Shown here: positions 45,702 through 55,099 of the stretch, in pieces
How the letters are laid out: every line of letters starts with the position of its first letter
Numbering within the stretch: the first letter of the stretch is position 1
DNA from: an uncultured Bacteroidales bacterium
GTDB lineage: Bacteria > Bacteroidota > Bacteroidia > Bacteroidales > UBA10428
Direction: 5' to 3'
Assembly (NCBI GenBank): GCA_964618645.1
Contig: CAZUBW010000004.1
Location: 523-64,522 of the forward strand
DNA: 64,000 nucleotides
Program-made: the position numbers and the translations under genes
The notes under the pieces: generated by a model
Database searches by the model: none
What the model was told of the DNA's origin: nothing
The model's input: the letters and a program-made list of their open reading frames with translations, nothing else

Positions 45702-45862
45702 GAGGCTGTACAAAAAGTCCGATAACCGAAGCCGTCATTGCGAACGAAGTGAAGCAATCCATTAATATACAGACAGATTGACTTCGTTGAGCTTCGCTTC
45801 GCTCCGGTTGCTTCGGAGGTTCCTCCTTACCCATGACGGTTTCGGATTTTTTTCACAGCCTC
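45702..45862 (+). repeat. palindromic intergenic repeat, copy C (long variant)
   Basis: The left arm GAGGCTGTACAAAAAGTCCGATAACCGAAGCCGTCATTGCGAACGAAGTGAAGCAATC is the same as in B and D. The right half carries the additional CGTTGAGCTTCGCTTCGCTCCGGTTGCTTCGG segment shared with copy A. Confidence 0.9.
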
Positions 45863-45998
45863 AACAAAGATACAAAAGCCGGTAAAAATGAAGTAAACGA
45901 TACCCGGTCTTTCTGAAGAACATTAACGGCTTTTTAACAGGCCGGTGATTAACAATCGTTTGATCATGCTGTTTAACCATCCACAAAGACCTTCGTGT

Positions 45999-46484
<486 letters not shown>

Positions 46485-46538
46485 CCCGGTATGAAACGGG
46501 TAAAACCAGTTCTGATTTTTAACTTAAACTTTGTACAT

Positions 46539-47150
46539 ATGAAATCAATATGGCTCATTACTTCACTTTTGCTGGCGGCAGAATTGCATGCCGGCGAAGG
46601 ATACAAGGTTGGCGACAAAGCTGCCAGCTTCAAACTAAAGAATACCGATGGTAAAATGATTGGTTTCTCCGATTTTCCGGATGCCAAAGGTTTTGTCGTT
46701 GTCTTTACCTGTAACAACTGCCCCTATGCCAAGGCTTACCAGGACAGGCTGATTGAAATTGACAAGCAGTACAAGACAAAAGGATACCCGGTGATTGCCG
46801 TTAATCCGAATGACCCTGCCGTTGAACCTGCCGATTCCTACGAGGCAATGGTTACCAGGGCGCGGGAAAAAGGCTATACTTTTCCTTATTTGTACGATGA
46901 AAAACAGGAAGTGAACAAACACTATGGCGCCACTAAAACCCCCCATGTTTTTTTACTGCAAAAGACCAATACTGGTGAACTTATTGTAAAATACATCGGG
47001 GCCATCGATGACAATTACCAGGATGCAAACGCGGTTAAGACACCCTATCTGAAAAATGCACTGGAGTCGTTGCTGGGCGGAAATAACCCGGAACCCAGTT
47101 TCACCAAAGCCATTGGCTGCAGCGTAAAGGTAAAGCCTTCACAATCCTGA
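46539..47150 (+). CDS. thioredoxin-fold/redoxin-family protein, exported
   Basis: An ATG at 46539 gives the signal MKSIWLITSLLLAAELHA. CxxC-type site FTCNNCPYA. The AhpC/TSA-like context is VVVF..., FPYLYDE..., TPHVFLL. Confidence 0.75.
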   Translation: MKSIWLITSLLLAAELHAGEGYKVGDKAASFKLKNTDGKMIGFSDFPDAKGFVVVFTCNNCPYAKAYQDRLIEIDKQYKTKGYPVIAVNPNDPAVEPADSYEAMVTRAREKGYTFPYLYDEKQEVNKHYGATKTPHVFLLQKTNTGELIVKYIGAIDDNYQDANAVKTPYLKNALESLLGGNNPEPSFTKAIGCSVKVKPSQS

Positions 47151-47229
47151 TATAACTATCCCGGCATGAGGCGGTTTAAAATGTCAATGTATCTGACATA
47201 GTTGCAGCCGTCCAAAGACAGTGCCATAT

Positions 47230-47359
47230 GAGGCTATCTAAAAAGTCCGATAATCTAAGCCGTCATTGCGAACGAAGTGAAGCAATCTGTTAACTTACAG
47301 ATGGATTGCTTCAGTCGTCCCTCCTTCGCAATGACGGTTTCCGCCTTTTAGACAGCCTC
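47230..47359 (+). repeat. palindromic intergenic repeat, copy D (short variant)
   Basis: Sequence: GAGGCTATCTAAAAAGTCCGATAATCTAAGCCGTCATTGCGAACGAAGTGAAGCAATC...GATTGCTTCAGTCGTCCCTCCTTCGCAATGACGGTTTCCGCCTTTTAGACAGCCTC. Confidence 0.9.
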
Positions 47360-47390
47360 ATTTTTGATTATTTCACATAGCCTCTGCCGG

Positions 47391-47786
47391 TTAGTATTCT
47401 AACTTCCGGTATTTTGATAACAATGTTTCTTCGTTCAGCACCAGCATTATTACATGCTGCCGCGACGCCAGAGCGCCAAAATAACCTTTGGTAAGCATAT
47501 CTTCTTCAACATTGGGCAAGGTGATGTTTAACAACAAAAAACCCTTTTGATCTTTCAATGCAACTGTGTCAACCGCATACCTTACATCGCAGGTATTGCC
47601 TTTCGATTCGTGGTATTGGGTCATTCGCGTAACCTTCTCCAGCAGTTTCTCTCCCCTGGCCCGCTCCTGCAGTACATACACCAGGCTGTCATCAGCCTGG
47701 TGCGAAACAAACCGATTGCCACGGTGGTACTTGCACCCCGAGGCCATGATGCTGAGCAATATCAGGCTAACCAAAACTTTCTTCAT
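47391..47786 (-). CDS. hypothetical lipoprotein
   Basis: Lipobox MKKVLVSLILLSIMASGC. No domain recognised. Confidence 0.5.
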   Translation of the reverse strand: MKKVLVSLILLSIMASGCKYHRGNRFVSHQADDSLVYVLQERARGEKLLEKVTRMTQYHESKGNTCDVRYAVDTVALKDQKGFLLLNITLPNVEEDMLTKGYFGALASRQHVIMLVLNEETLLSKYRKLEY

Positions 47787-47802
47787 ATTGTGTTGCCCTG
47801 AA

Positions 47803-48648
47803 TTATTTAATATTGTTCATTACCTTTTGTATACTACTTAGTGCCAGCGCTTCATCGGTAGTATTCAGCACACCCACCAGATAGCCCTCATGTTGTTTCA
47901 GAAAAACCTTACCGTTGAACATATCATTAACGATCATTATACCGTCTTTCTGTTGTACATTTTCTTCCTTCATCAGTTGAACATACTTGTCCACCATATC
48001 TTTTGTCTCCGTAGGTGTAAGCCTGATAATAAAAACCTGCATTTCGGACGGCTGATCATATCGTACGGTGAAGGCGTTTCTGAAAAACGAAAACCCGAGG
48101 AAGTTCTGGGCAATGTACGTATCCGAAAGATAAACCATACCTTCTTTGGGAAAAAGATCAAGGATACCGGGCAGTGACTTACCTTTGGCAAGCCCGTCGT
48201 TAACCTTGTTTGCTACCTGGGCTAACGATTGCTCGTCGGCTTCTTCAACACCAGCCGACATAACTTTTACATAGTAATCACCGGTAAGAAAATTCATAAT
48301 GCCCTGGCTTTTATAGCCCTGTGCTCCAAGTGCAACCTGCTCGTAATCAGGCATCCTTTCGGCTGTATAAATGCCATAGGCATCGTCGGTGGTTTTATGC
48401 CGGTACAATTCTACCCTGATGATCTGATCTTTACGTGTATATTCAGCAATATGAAGGTCCTGAAAATAATAACTCAGGAAAATGTCGGCCGCTCCATTGA
48501 TTAATTCCCACAAATTGCCTGAATTATAAACATTTTCTTCCACCTTCATTTTCCATCCGGGAATTTGAGGAAACAACTCGCTTTCAGCCGCACTTATTCT
48601 AAGGAAAAAGCACAGCAATACCGCCGAGAAAAACATCTTTTTGTTCAT
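47803..48648 (-). CDS. hypothetical secreted protein
   Basis: Signal peptide MNKKMFFSAVLLCFFLRISA. No domain recognised with confidence. Confidence 0.5.
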   Translation of the reverse strand: MNKKMFFSAVLLCFFLRISAAESELFPQIPGWKMKVEENVYNSGNLWELINGAADIFLSYYFQDLHIAEYTRKDQIIRVELYRHKTTDDAYGIYTAERMPDYEQVALGAQGYKSQGIMNFLTGDYYVKVMSAGVEEADEQSLAQVANKVNDGLAKGKSLPGILDLFPKEGMVYLSDTYIAQNFLGFSFFRNAFTVRYDQPSEMQVFIIRLTPTETKDMVDKYVQLMKEENVQQKDGIMIVNDMFNGKVFLKQHEGYLVGVLNTTDEALALSSIQKVMNNIK

Positions 48649-48759
48649 ATATACATAAAGTTAATTTCTACTGGTTGTAAAGTTCAACACATTCATGCAG
48701 TAACAAATCAAAACATTTTTTGGTTAATGAACTGCCTTTTGAACAGGTTTAATATATTA

Positions 48760-49962
48760 TCAGACAAGCATGTCTTTGGGCATATCGTAAAGCCTGGCAA
48801 CATCAGCTATGCGTCCGGCAATATTGAACCCCTTGGAACATTGAACGGTACAAGCCGAACAATCGCTGCACGGATTGGATGAATAGCCAAGCTCATCCAG
48901 CAGGCCGTAAGCATTGTCGAAACTTCTGTATCCGTAAGTATACATATAGGCACGCATAAAATCATATACCGGAAGATGCCTGGTACACTGGTCAACACAC
49001 TGGCCACACCCATCGCAATAGAGTCCTGCCGTTAGTTTTGCTTCCTCGAGATGTAGTTTTTCCGTTTCGGTTAATTCGAGGTTCTCCATTACCCCAAAGT
49101 TCTCTGTCATCTGGTCAAACGATACAATTCCCGGTATTGAGGTATGAAAGTTCTTATCCTGCAAAACCCATTTTAAGGCAGCACGGCAATCGATGGGATG
49201 TTGCCTTTCCCTGTCCATAAAGCCACCCGCCATGGTTTTCATCGCCACAATACCAATTCCTTTTTCAGCAGCAAGTGCAGCTTTTTCCTTAATCTGATCG
49301 GCCATAGCATGCTTGAAATTGATGGCTGTCAGCACCACATTGTAAAAATTGCTGTCAATGGCAGCCTGAATTACCTCGGGCTCGTTGCGGTGTGTCGACA
49401 TGCCGACATAACGAACCTTTCCCTGCTTTTTCAATTCGTCGAAAGCTTCCAGCAAGGGTGGAGCCAGGGCTGTCTTGCGACTGGATACACCGTGCAGATA
49501 CAGTATGTCAACATACTTCATATGCAAACGATTCAGGCTGGCTTCAAATTTTGTGAGTATGCCTTCTTTGGTTGTTGCTGGGCCTGGTTCACCGGTTTCC
49601 CTGTCGATTCCGTCAGCACCTACCTTTGTAGCCAGTACTATTTTTTCACGCGGTATTTCCCTGAACAACTCGCCAAGCATGACTTCATTCCGTCCCTCCT
49701 GGTAACCATGAGCTGTGTCAAAATGCACAAATCCCATATTATAAGCTGCCCTTACAAGTACCGGGTTGTCAGAGCGCATCACACCAAAGCTGACAATGGG
49801 CAGCTCAATATCGGTATTCCCCAGCTGACGACGGATAATGACCGGCTCTTCCTGTTTAGCTGACCTGCCGGCCAATAACGGCGTACCCATAATGGCTCCT
49901 GCAGCCCCCATTGCTGATGATTTCAGAAATCCCCTCCTGTTTACATGCATTGTTTTTTTCAT
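48760..49962 (-). CDS. Tat-signal aldo/keto reductase with a C-terminal 2x[4Fe-4S]-type Cys motif region
   Basis: Twin-arginine signal NRRGFLKSSAMGAAGA. AKR core (FDTAHGYQEGRNE, ATKV, GMSTH). C-terminal CDGCGQCVDQC and CSDCSACTVQC. Confidence 0.85.
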   Translation of the reverse strand: MKKTMHVNRRGFLKSSAMGAAGAIMGTPLLAGRSAKQEEPVIIRRQLGNTDIELPIVSFGVMRSDNPVLVRAAYNMGFVHFDTAHGYQEGRNEVMLGELFREIPREKIVLATKVGADGIDRETGEPGPATTKEGILTKFEASLNRLHMKYVDILYLHGVSSRKTALAPPLLEAFDELKKQGKVRYVGMSTHRNEPEVIQAAIDSNFYNVVLTAINFKHAMADQIKEKAALAAEKGIGIVAMKTMAGGFMDRERQHPIDCRAALKWVLQDKNFHTSIPGIVSFDQMTENFGVMENLELTETEKLHLEEAKLTAGLYCDGCGQCVDQCTRHLPVYDFMRAYMYTYGYRSFDNAYGLLDELGYSSNPCSDCSACTVQCSKGFNIAGRIADVARLYDMPKDMLV

Positions 49963-50204
49963 CCGCTATTTCTTTAATGTGTTCACCAAGTTATTAAAAT
50001 ATTACTAAACAAATTTATAGCCCGGGTTTTTTAACACTTTTTTCATGGGAACAAAACATACGATTTTATATCTTGCTCCGTTTTTTGAATCAATATGCAA
50101 TCTGTGCATAACTTTTTTGACAAGCTTATCGTAAATATGTTCAAAAGTATATTTTTGATAGACTAAAGTATCATATTCATTAATTTAACAAAGTACCATT
50201 CGCT

Positions 50205-51437
50205 ATGGTTAAAAAAAGCCTGATATACGGCATCGCGTTCCTGTTTACAATAAACTCCACCACTTTACACCTTGGCTCTGTAACTGAAGGTTCCTACGAA
50301 TTGCAAAGTGCTGCCTTTGTGCGCAGTCCCAAACCATCCGGGCTCGATAGCCTGGTAATGGCTTATGATCAATATCTGCAAAACGCAGTTGACAGCTTAA
50401 AAAGTCCGGGTGCCGCCATAGCGCTGGTTTACAGGGGAGAAATTCTCTTACTCAAAGGATATGGCGTAAAAAAGGCAGGAGAACACGATGCAGTTGACAT
50501 GCATACCGTTTTCAGGCTGGGATCCGTTTCAAAAGGTTTTGCATCGGTACTTACCGGAATAATGGTCGAAGAAGGAACAGTTGCATGGAACGACAAAGTA
50601 AAAAACTACCTCAACGGTTTTGCCATGCGGGACACTGCGGCCACGAATAATCTTACCATTAAACATATTCTCAGCCAGACAACCGGCCTGCCCGAACATA
50701 CCTATACCGATATGCTCGATAACGGTTATGAATATGACAACATTAAAAGCGCCCTTTCGAATGTTCCCGTCATTGCCAAACCCGGAAAAATTTACACTTA
50801 TCAAAATGTTGCCTACAGCCTGATCAGTGACGTGTTGTATACAGCTACCGGCAAGGACTATAACAACCTGCTCCGCGACAAAATTTTCGGACCCCTGCGT
50901 ATGCAGGATGCTTCAACCGACTATACAACTTTCTTTTATCATCCCAATACAGCCAATCCGCATATTGGTATGGGTTCATCATGGAAAGTCAAGCCCAAAA
51001 ACAGCCGTTATTATTCAGTTTCACCGGCTTCGGGTATAAACGCCAGTGCTTCTGACATGGCCAACTGGCTGCTTGCACTCACCGGATATTACCCCGAAGT
51101 ACTTCGCTGGAATACCATTGAAGAAATAGCACAACATGCTATTGAAACACCCCGGAAGGCTGCTTACAGAAGGAACTGGAAAGACCTTGGCCGTACCTAT
51201 TACGGGTTGGGGTGGCGTGTGTTTAACCTCGAAGGTCGCGATATTGTTTATCACGGTGGGTATGTCGAAGGATTCCGTTCAGAAATTGCGTTTGATCCGG
51301 AATCAAAAATTGGGATTGCGGTACTGTTCAATTCCAATACACCATTGGCCTCGCAATGTGTTCCAAAATTCATCAATTCTTTTCTCGACAATTGCAGCCT
51401 GCCCGAACTGACACCACTATTTACCGACAAATTATAA
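50205..51437 (+). CDS. serine hydrolase, beta-lactamase/PBP4*-like family
   Basis: S-x-x-K motif FRLGSVSKGF, a Y-x-N-like YQNVAY, and HGG near the C-terminus. Confidence 0.85.
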   Translation: MVKKSLIYGIAFLFTINSTTLHLGSVTEGSYELQSAAFVRSPKPSGLDSLVMAYDQYLQNAVDSLKSPGAAIALVYRGEILLLKGYGVKKAGEHDAVDMHTVFRLGSVSKGFASVLTGIMVEEGTVAWNDKVKNYLNGFAMRDTAATNNLTIKHILSQTTGLPEHTYTDMLDNGYEYDNIKSALSNVPVIAKPGKIYTYQNVAYSLISDVLYTATGKDYNNLLRDKIFGPLRMQDASTDYTTFFYHPNTANPHIGMGSSWKVKPKNSRYYSVSPASGINASASDMANWLLALTGYYPEVLRWNTIEEIAQHAIETPRKAAYRRNWKDLGRTYYGLGWRVFNLEGRDIVYHGGYVEGFRSEIAFDPESKIGIAVLFNSNTPLASQCVPKFINSFLDNCSLPELTPLFTDKL

Positions 51438-52109
51438 ATGAACAAATCGGAATTCCGCTTTTTTGATGTACTGGTGGCATTGTTTGTTGCCGTTCTGCTG
51501 ATATCCAACATTGCATCGACTAAAATTCTTACCCTCTGGAAATTTACCTTTGACGGGGGAACCATTCTTTTTCCGCTCAGCTATATTTTTGGCGATATAC
51601 TTACCGAAGTTTACGGCTTCAGACGATCCCGCAGGGTCATATGGCTTGGCTTTTTTTCTGCCCTGCTGATGTCGCTGGTGCTATATGTTGTGCAACTCAT
51701 GCCCCCGGCAAACGAATGGCCCAATCAACATGCCTACGAAGCATTGCTCGGCTTTGTGCCCCGCATAGTGCTGGCCAGCCTTGTTGCTTACTTTTTCGGG
51801 GAATTCTCAAATTCCATCACCCTTTCGCTGCTAAAAATACGTACCAAAGGAAAACTGCTCTGGGCACGAACCATTTTTTCCACCATTATCGGTGAGGGTA
51901 TCGACACCATTGTCTTTTGTATGATTGCTTTTTATGGAACACTCCCCGGCAATGTGTTGTGGGCGGTTATCATTTCGAACTACATTTTTAAATGTGGTGT
52001 TGAGATAGTTTTTACCCCATTGACTTACAAAATAGTTCGCTTTCTGAAGAAAAGGGAAAACACGGATGTTTATGACATCGGCGTTTCTTATAATCCTTTT
52101 CACATGTAA
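51438..52109 (+). CDS. yhhQ: queuosine-precursor transporter (YhhQ/VUT family)
   Basis: FDVLVALFVAVLLISNIASTKI..FDGGTILFPLSYIFGDILTEVYG, with 6 TM helices. The ATG immediately follows the upstream TAA. Confidence 0.85.
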   Translation: MNKSEFRFFDVLVALFVAVLLISNIASTKILTLWKFTFDGGTILFPLSYIFGDILTEVYGFRRSRRVIWLGFFSALLMSLVLYVVQLMPPANEWPNQHAYEALLGFVPRIVLASLVAYFFGEFSNSITLSLLKIRTKGKLLWARTIFSTIIGEGIDTIVFCMIAFYGTLPGNVLWAVIISNYIFKCGVEIVFTPLTYKIVRFLKKRENTDVYDIGVSYNPFHM

Positions 52110-52133
52110 TTTACATTATTCATATGCACCGGT

Positions 52134-52895
52134 ATGCGTGCCTTACTGTACATAATCCTGCTGCTGCAGGTATTACCATGTTGCGGACAAAGCAATATTA
52201 ACCAGGCAGTAACGCTCAACGAAGCGCTGGAAAAAGCCATGCAACAAAACCTGTATGCTGATTCCGCTCCCGCAAAAAAAATACTTGTACGCGATATCAA
52301 ATCGGTTTGGCATCAATGGCTGTATCACCTGTCGCGTAAAAAGGCTCTTGAAGAATACCTGCAACTGCTGAACGATATGGACCGTATTACCCTGTTGCGC
52401 TATACGACTGGTGATATTGACCAGCTAACCCGTTTATTTTACCTCGATAAACTGGCCGCCTTACAAACCGAATTTGTTACAGCTGAAATTGGTCTCGATA
52501 TCGCCGGCAATAAACTGCAATTACTGCTTGGCAGTCAAAGTCCGGTTGTTCCCGCGGATTCTGCCCTGGTCCTATACGAGATCAACAAAGGAACAACTTT
52601 CGGAGACCATCCCCTGTTAGACCCGGACACGGATTTCGAAAAAAACCTGATGACGCAAAATAAGCAGCTTATACTGGATAGCCTTTTCGTCAGGCTTCAG
52701 TATTATTACCAGGCAGGACTTTCCTATGCCGGGGCTCTATTGCAAATTCAGCAAGCCCGGTTAGCCGCCGAAGAAATTGAATATCTCGAATGGGCCGGTG
52801 AGGTAGAAAAAGCCTTTGCCATTAAGCTCGGGTATCTCAAAACCCTAAACCAATATAACCAACATGCCATTGAACTGGAGTATTATGCCTGGTAA
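52134..52895 (+). CDS. short (253-aa) TolC/OMF-like helical protein, exported
   Basis: Signal MRALLYIILLLQVLPCCG. LTLNEALEKAMQQN-type opening and helical heptad-like segments, as in outer-membrane factors, but only about half the usual length. Confidence 0.45.
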   Translation: MRALLYIILLLQVLPCCGQSNINQAVTLNEALEKAMQQNLYADSAPAKKILVRDIKSVWHQWLYHLSRKKALEEYLQLLNDMDRITLLRYTTGDIDQLTRLFYLDKLAALQTEFVTAEIGLDIAGNKLQLLLGSQSPVVPADSALVLYEINKGTTFGDHPLLDPDTDFEKNLMTQNKQLILDSLFVRLQYYYQAGLSYAGALLQIQQARLAAEEIEYLEWAGEVEKAFAIKLGYLKTLNQYNQHAIELEYYAW

Positions 52896-54024
52896 ACTGC
52901 CATACCATACCTTGTTGCTGACAGGTTGCAGCTTGTTATTCGCATGTAATCCGCACAAAACAACCTATGAAAAAGCCATGTGGGATACTACCGGCATTTT
53001 TCGCAGCATAAAACTCACGCCCGGCGAGGAGAAAAAAGCCGGTTTGCAATACACAACCCCCGAACCATACGTGCTCACCCATATGGTTACCTGTAATGGA
53101 ACACTGGTCGTTGCTCCCGGTCGTGAAATCACTGTTCCTGCACCGGCAGCCGGAAATATAAAAGACCTCTTTGTCCAGCCAGGCCAGCAGGTTAACACCG
53201 GTATGCTTGTGGCAACCATAACCAATACCGACTTTATTGCGCTTCAACAGGAATGGCTGGAGGCCAAACACCAATATACATATCTTAAAGACGAATATAC
53301 CCGGCAGGGCGAACTGACAGTAGAAAACGCAACATCATTGAAACGTATGCAGATGGCGCAGCGCGACTACCTTTCGGCCGAAGCCAGGTGGAAAAGCCTT
53401 TCCCTGCAGTTACGTCAAACCGGCATTAATCCCGACAGTGTCCGGCCTGAGCGTATTTACACCGAAATACCTGTTTATGCAAAAAATGCGGGTTATGTTT
53501 CCCGTATTTCGGTTAACCAGGGGACATGGACCGATAAAGGAAGGCCTTTGTTTGAAATGGTTAACAACAATCACCTCCAGGTGGAGTTAAAAATACCCGG
53601 AACATACCTGCCATATCTCCACCCCGGTCAGGAAATGTCTTTCCATCATGCTTTAGATTCAGCAACCCTTTATAAGGCAAAGCTCAAAAACATCCTGCCT
53701 GAAGTTGATCCTGAAACAGGTATGGCAAGTGTTTATGCAAAACCTGTCGGAAATGTCCAAACCATTTACCGGGGAATGCCTGTTAGCGTAAAGTTGTCTG
53801 CAGGAACCGATACCGCCTTCCTGATTTCGACCGGAGCCATTGTTACAGCACACGACGGTTTATATGTTATTGCACGAAAAAACGGATTGTTTGTTGAAAT
53901 ACCTGTATCATACTTAGCAACGGACACATACGACAACTGCGTCGGCGGTTTACCTGCTTCCCATGCTGATTCGCTGGTTATAAACCCGAATGACTTCTTT
54001 ACTAAAATTACGCATCGCCACTGA
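52885..54024 (+). CDS. efflux periplasmic adaptor (MFP/HlyD-like) lipoprotein
   Basis: Lipobox LLLTGCSLLFAC. Lipoyl-like hairpin APAAGNIKDLFVQPGQQVNTGMLVATI, a coiled-coil segment, and beta-barrel-like C-terminal domains. Confidence 0.7.
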   Translation: MPGKLPYHTLLLTGCSLLFACNPHKTTYEKAMWDTTGIFRSIKLTPGEEKKAGLQYTTPEPYVLTHMVTCNGTLVVAPGREITVPAPAAGNIKDLFVQPGQQVNTGMLVATITNTDFIALQQEWLEAKHQYTYLKDEYTRQGELTVENATSLKRMQMAQRDYLSAEARWKSLSLQLRQTGINPDSVRPERIYTEIPVYAKNAGYVSRISVNQGTWTDKGRPLFEMVNNNHLQVELKIPGTYLPYLHPGQEMSFHHALDSATLYKAKLKNILPEVDPETGMASVYAKPVGNVQTIYRGMPVSVKLSAGTDTAFLISTGAIVTAHDGLYVIARKNGLFVEIPVSYLATDTYDNCVGGLPASHADSLVINPNDFFTKITHRH

Positions 54025-54095
54025 AAGCGGAAATCCGCATAAAGCACTGTGAATAAAAATTGTTGATTAACAATATTTATTCGAAGCAGTTGTTT

Positions 54096-54103
54096 TATAT
54101 TTG
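54096..54103 (+). promoter_or_regulatory. -7 box TATATTTG upstream of the 54133 CDS
   Basis: TAnnTTTG match 29 nt before the ATG. Confidence 0.6.
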
Positions 54104-54132
54104 TGCAATTATTACTGTAACTGACAATCACT

Positions 54133-55035
54133 ATGGAAACAACAACCAACACGTATCAGCGACAACCCGATAAAAAACCATCAACCGCCCTGGTGGTTCT
54201 TGTAATTTTACTGGCTATAGCCGTTGTCTTTCTGGGATATAAGTACTTTACCAAATCAACAGAACTGGGTCAGACAAGCGAAGAAAAAGCCATTCTCGAA
54301 GATGTAAAAAGCGATCTCGAAAAGCAATTACGCGATATGATTGTTGAGTATGATTCGCTCAAAACCAACAACGATAGTGTTAACACGTTGCTGAATAATG
54401 AACAGGACAAAATTAAAGGCTTATTAAGGATGCGGGCCACCGACGCCGAAAAGATCAGAAAATACCAGGGAGAATTGGAAACCTTGCGTAAAGTAATGCG
54501 CAGTTATATTGTTCAGATCGATTCATTGAATACACGTAACCGCGAGCTTACGGCCGAAAATATTCAGGTTAAAGAACAGTTAACCACTGTTGAAACCCAA
54601 AACGTTGAACTTTCACGCGAAAAGGATATGCTGAGTACCCAGGTGCAACTGGCTAAGGTGTTGTCCGCCAAAAACATTGTGGCAACTTCGCTTAACAAAT
54701 CAAATCGCGAAAACAGTAAAATCAACAAGGTAGCCAAGGTAAAGGTTTGCTTCACTGTAAGAGAAAACGCCGTAGCGGAAACCGGGAATAAGGATATCTA
54801 CCTGAGGATCATCCGCCCCGATGAAGTAGTCCTTCCTTCGGGAAATGGAGAAACTTTCGAATTTAATGGCGAACAGGTTATCTTCTCCGCCAAGCGTCAG
54901 CTCGAATATGATAAAAAGGATATTGATATGTGCATTTTCTGGGATAAAAACGCTGATCTGATTGCCGGTAATTACACCGTTGTGCTGTATGCCGAAAACT
55001 ATGAAATAGGATCTGCCACATTTACCCTTAAATAA
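54133..55035 (+). CDS. membrane-anchored coiled-coil protein with a C-terminal beta-sandwich-like domain
   Basis: TM ALVVLVILLAIAVVFLGY. About 150 aa of coiled-coil-like sequence. The C-terminal ~110 aa are beta-rich. Preceded by a TATATTTG box and followed by a strong terminator. Confidence 0.5.
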   Translation: METTTNTYQRQPDKKPSTALVVLVILLAIAVVFLGYKYFTKSTELGQTSEEKAILEDVKSDLEKQLRDMIVEYDSLKTNNDSVNTLLNNEQDKIKGLLRMRATDAEKIRKYQGELETLRKVMRSYIVQIDSLNTRNRELTAENIQVKEQLTTVETQNVELSREKDMLSTQVQLAKVLSAKNIVATSLNKSNRENSKINKVAKVKVCFTVRENAVAETGNKDIYLRIIRPDEVVLPSGNGETFEFNGEQVIFSAKRQLEYDKKDIDMCIFWDKNADLIAGNYTVVLYAENYEIGSATFTLK

Positions 55036-55053
55036 TTCAACAGCCTGTTGAAG

Positions 55054-55090
55054 AAAAAACCTCCGGTTTTAATTTCCCGGAGGTTTTTTT
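55054..55090. terminator. bidirectional rho-independent terminator between convergent genes
   Basis: AAAAAA-CCTCCGG-(10-nt loop)-CCGGAGG-TTTTTTT. An A-tract lies on one side and a T-tract on the other. It sits between the 54133-55035 (+) gene and hemW (-). Confidence 0.85.
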
Positions 55091-55099
55091 GTGCCTAAA

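Noticed and set aside
49198-49863. A 221-aa plus-strand ORF.
   Set aside because: It is antisense to the aldo/keto reductase gene, with no supporting motif or promoter.
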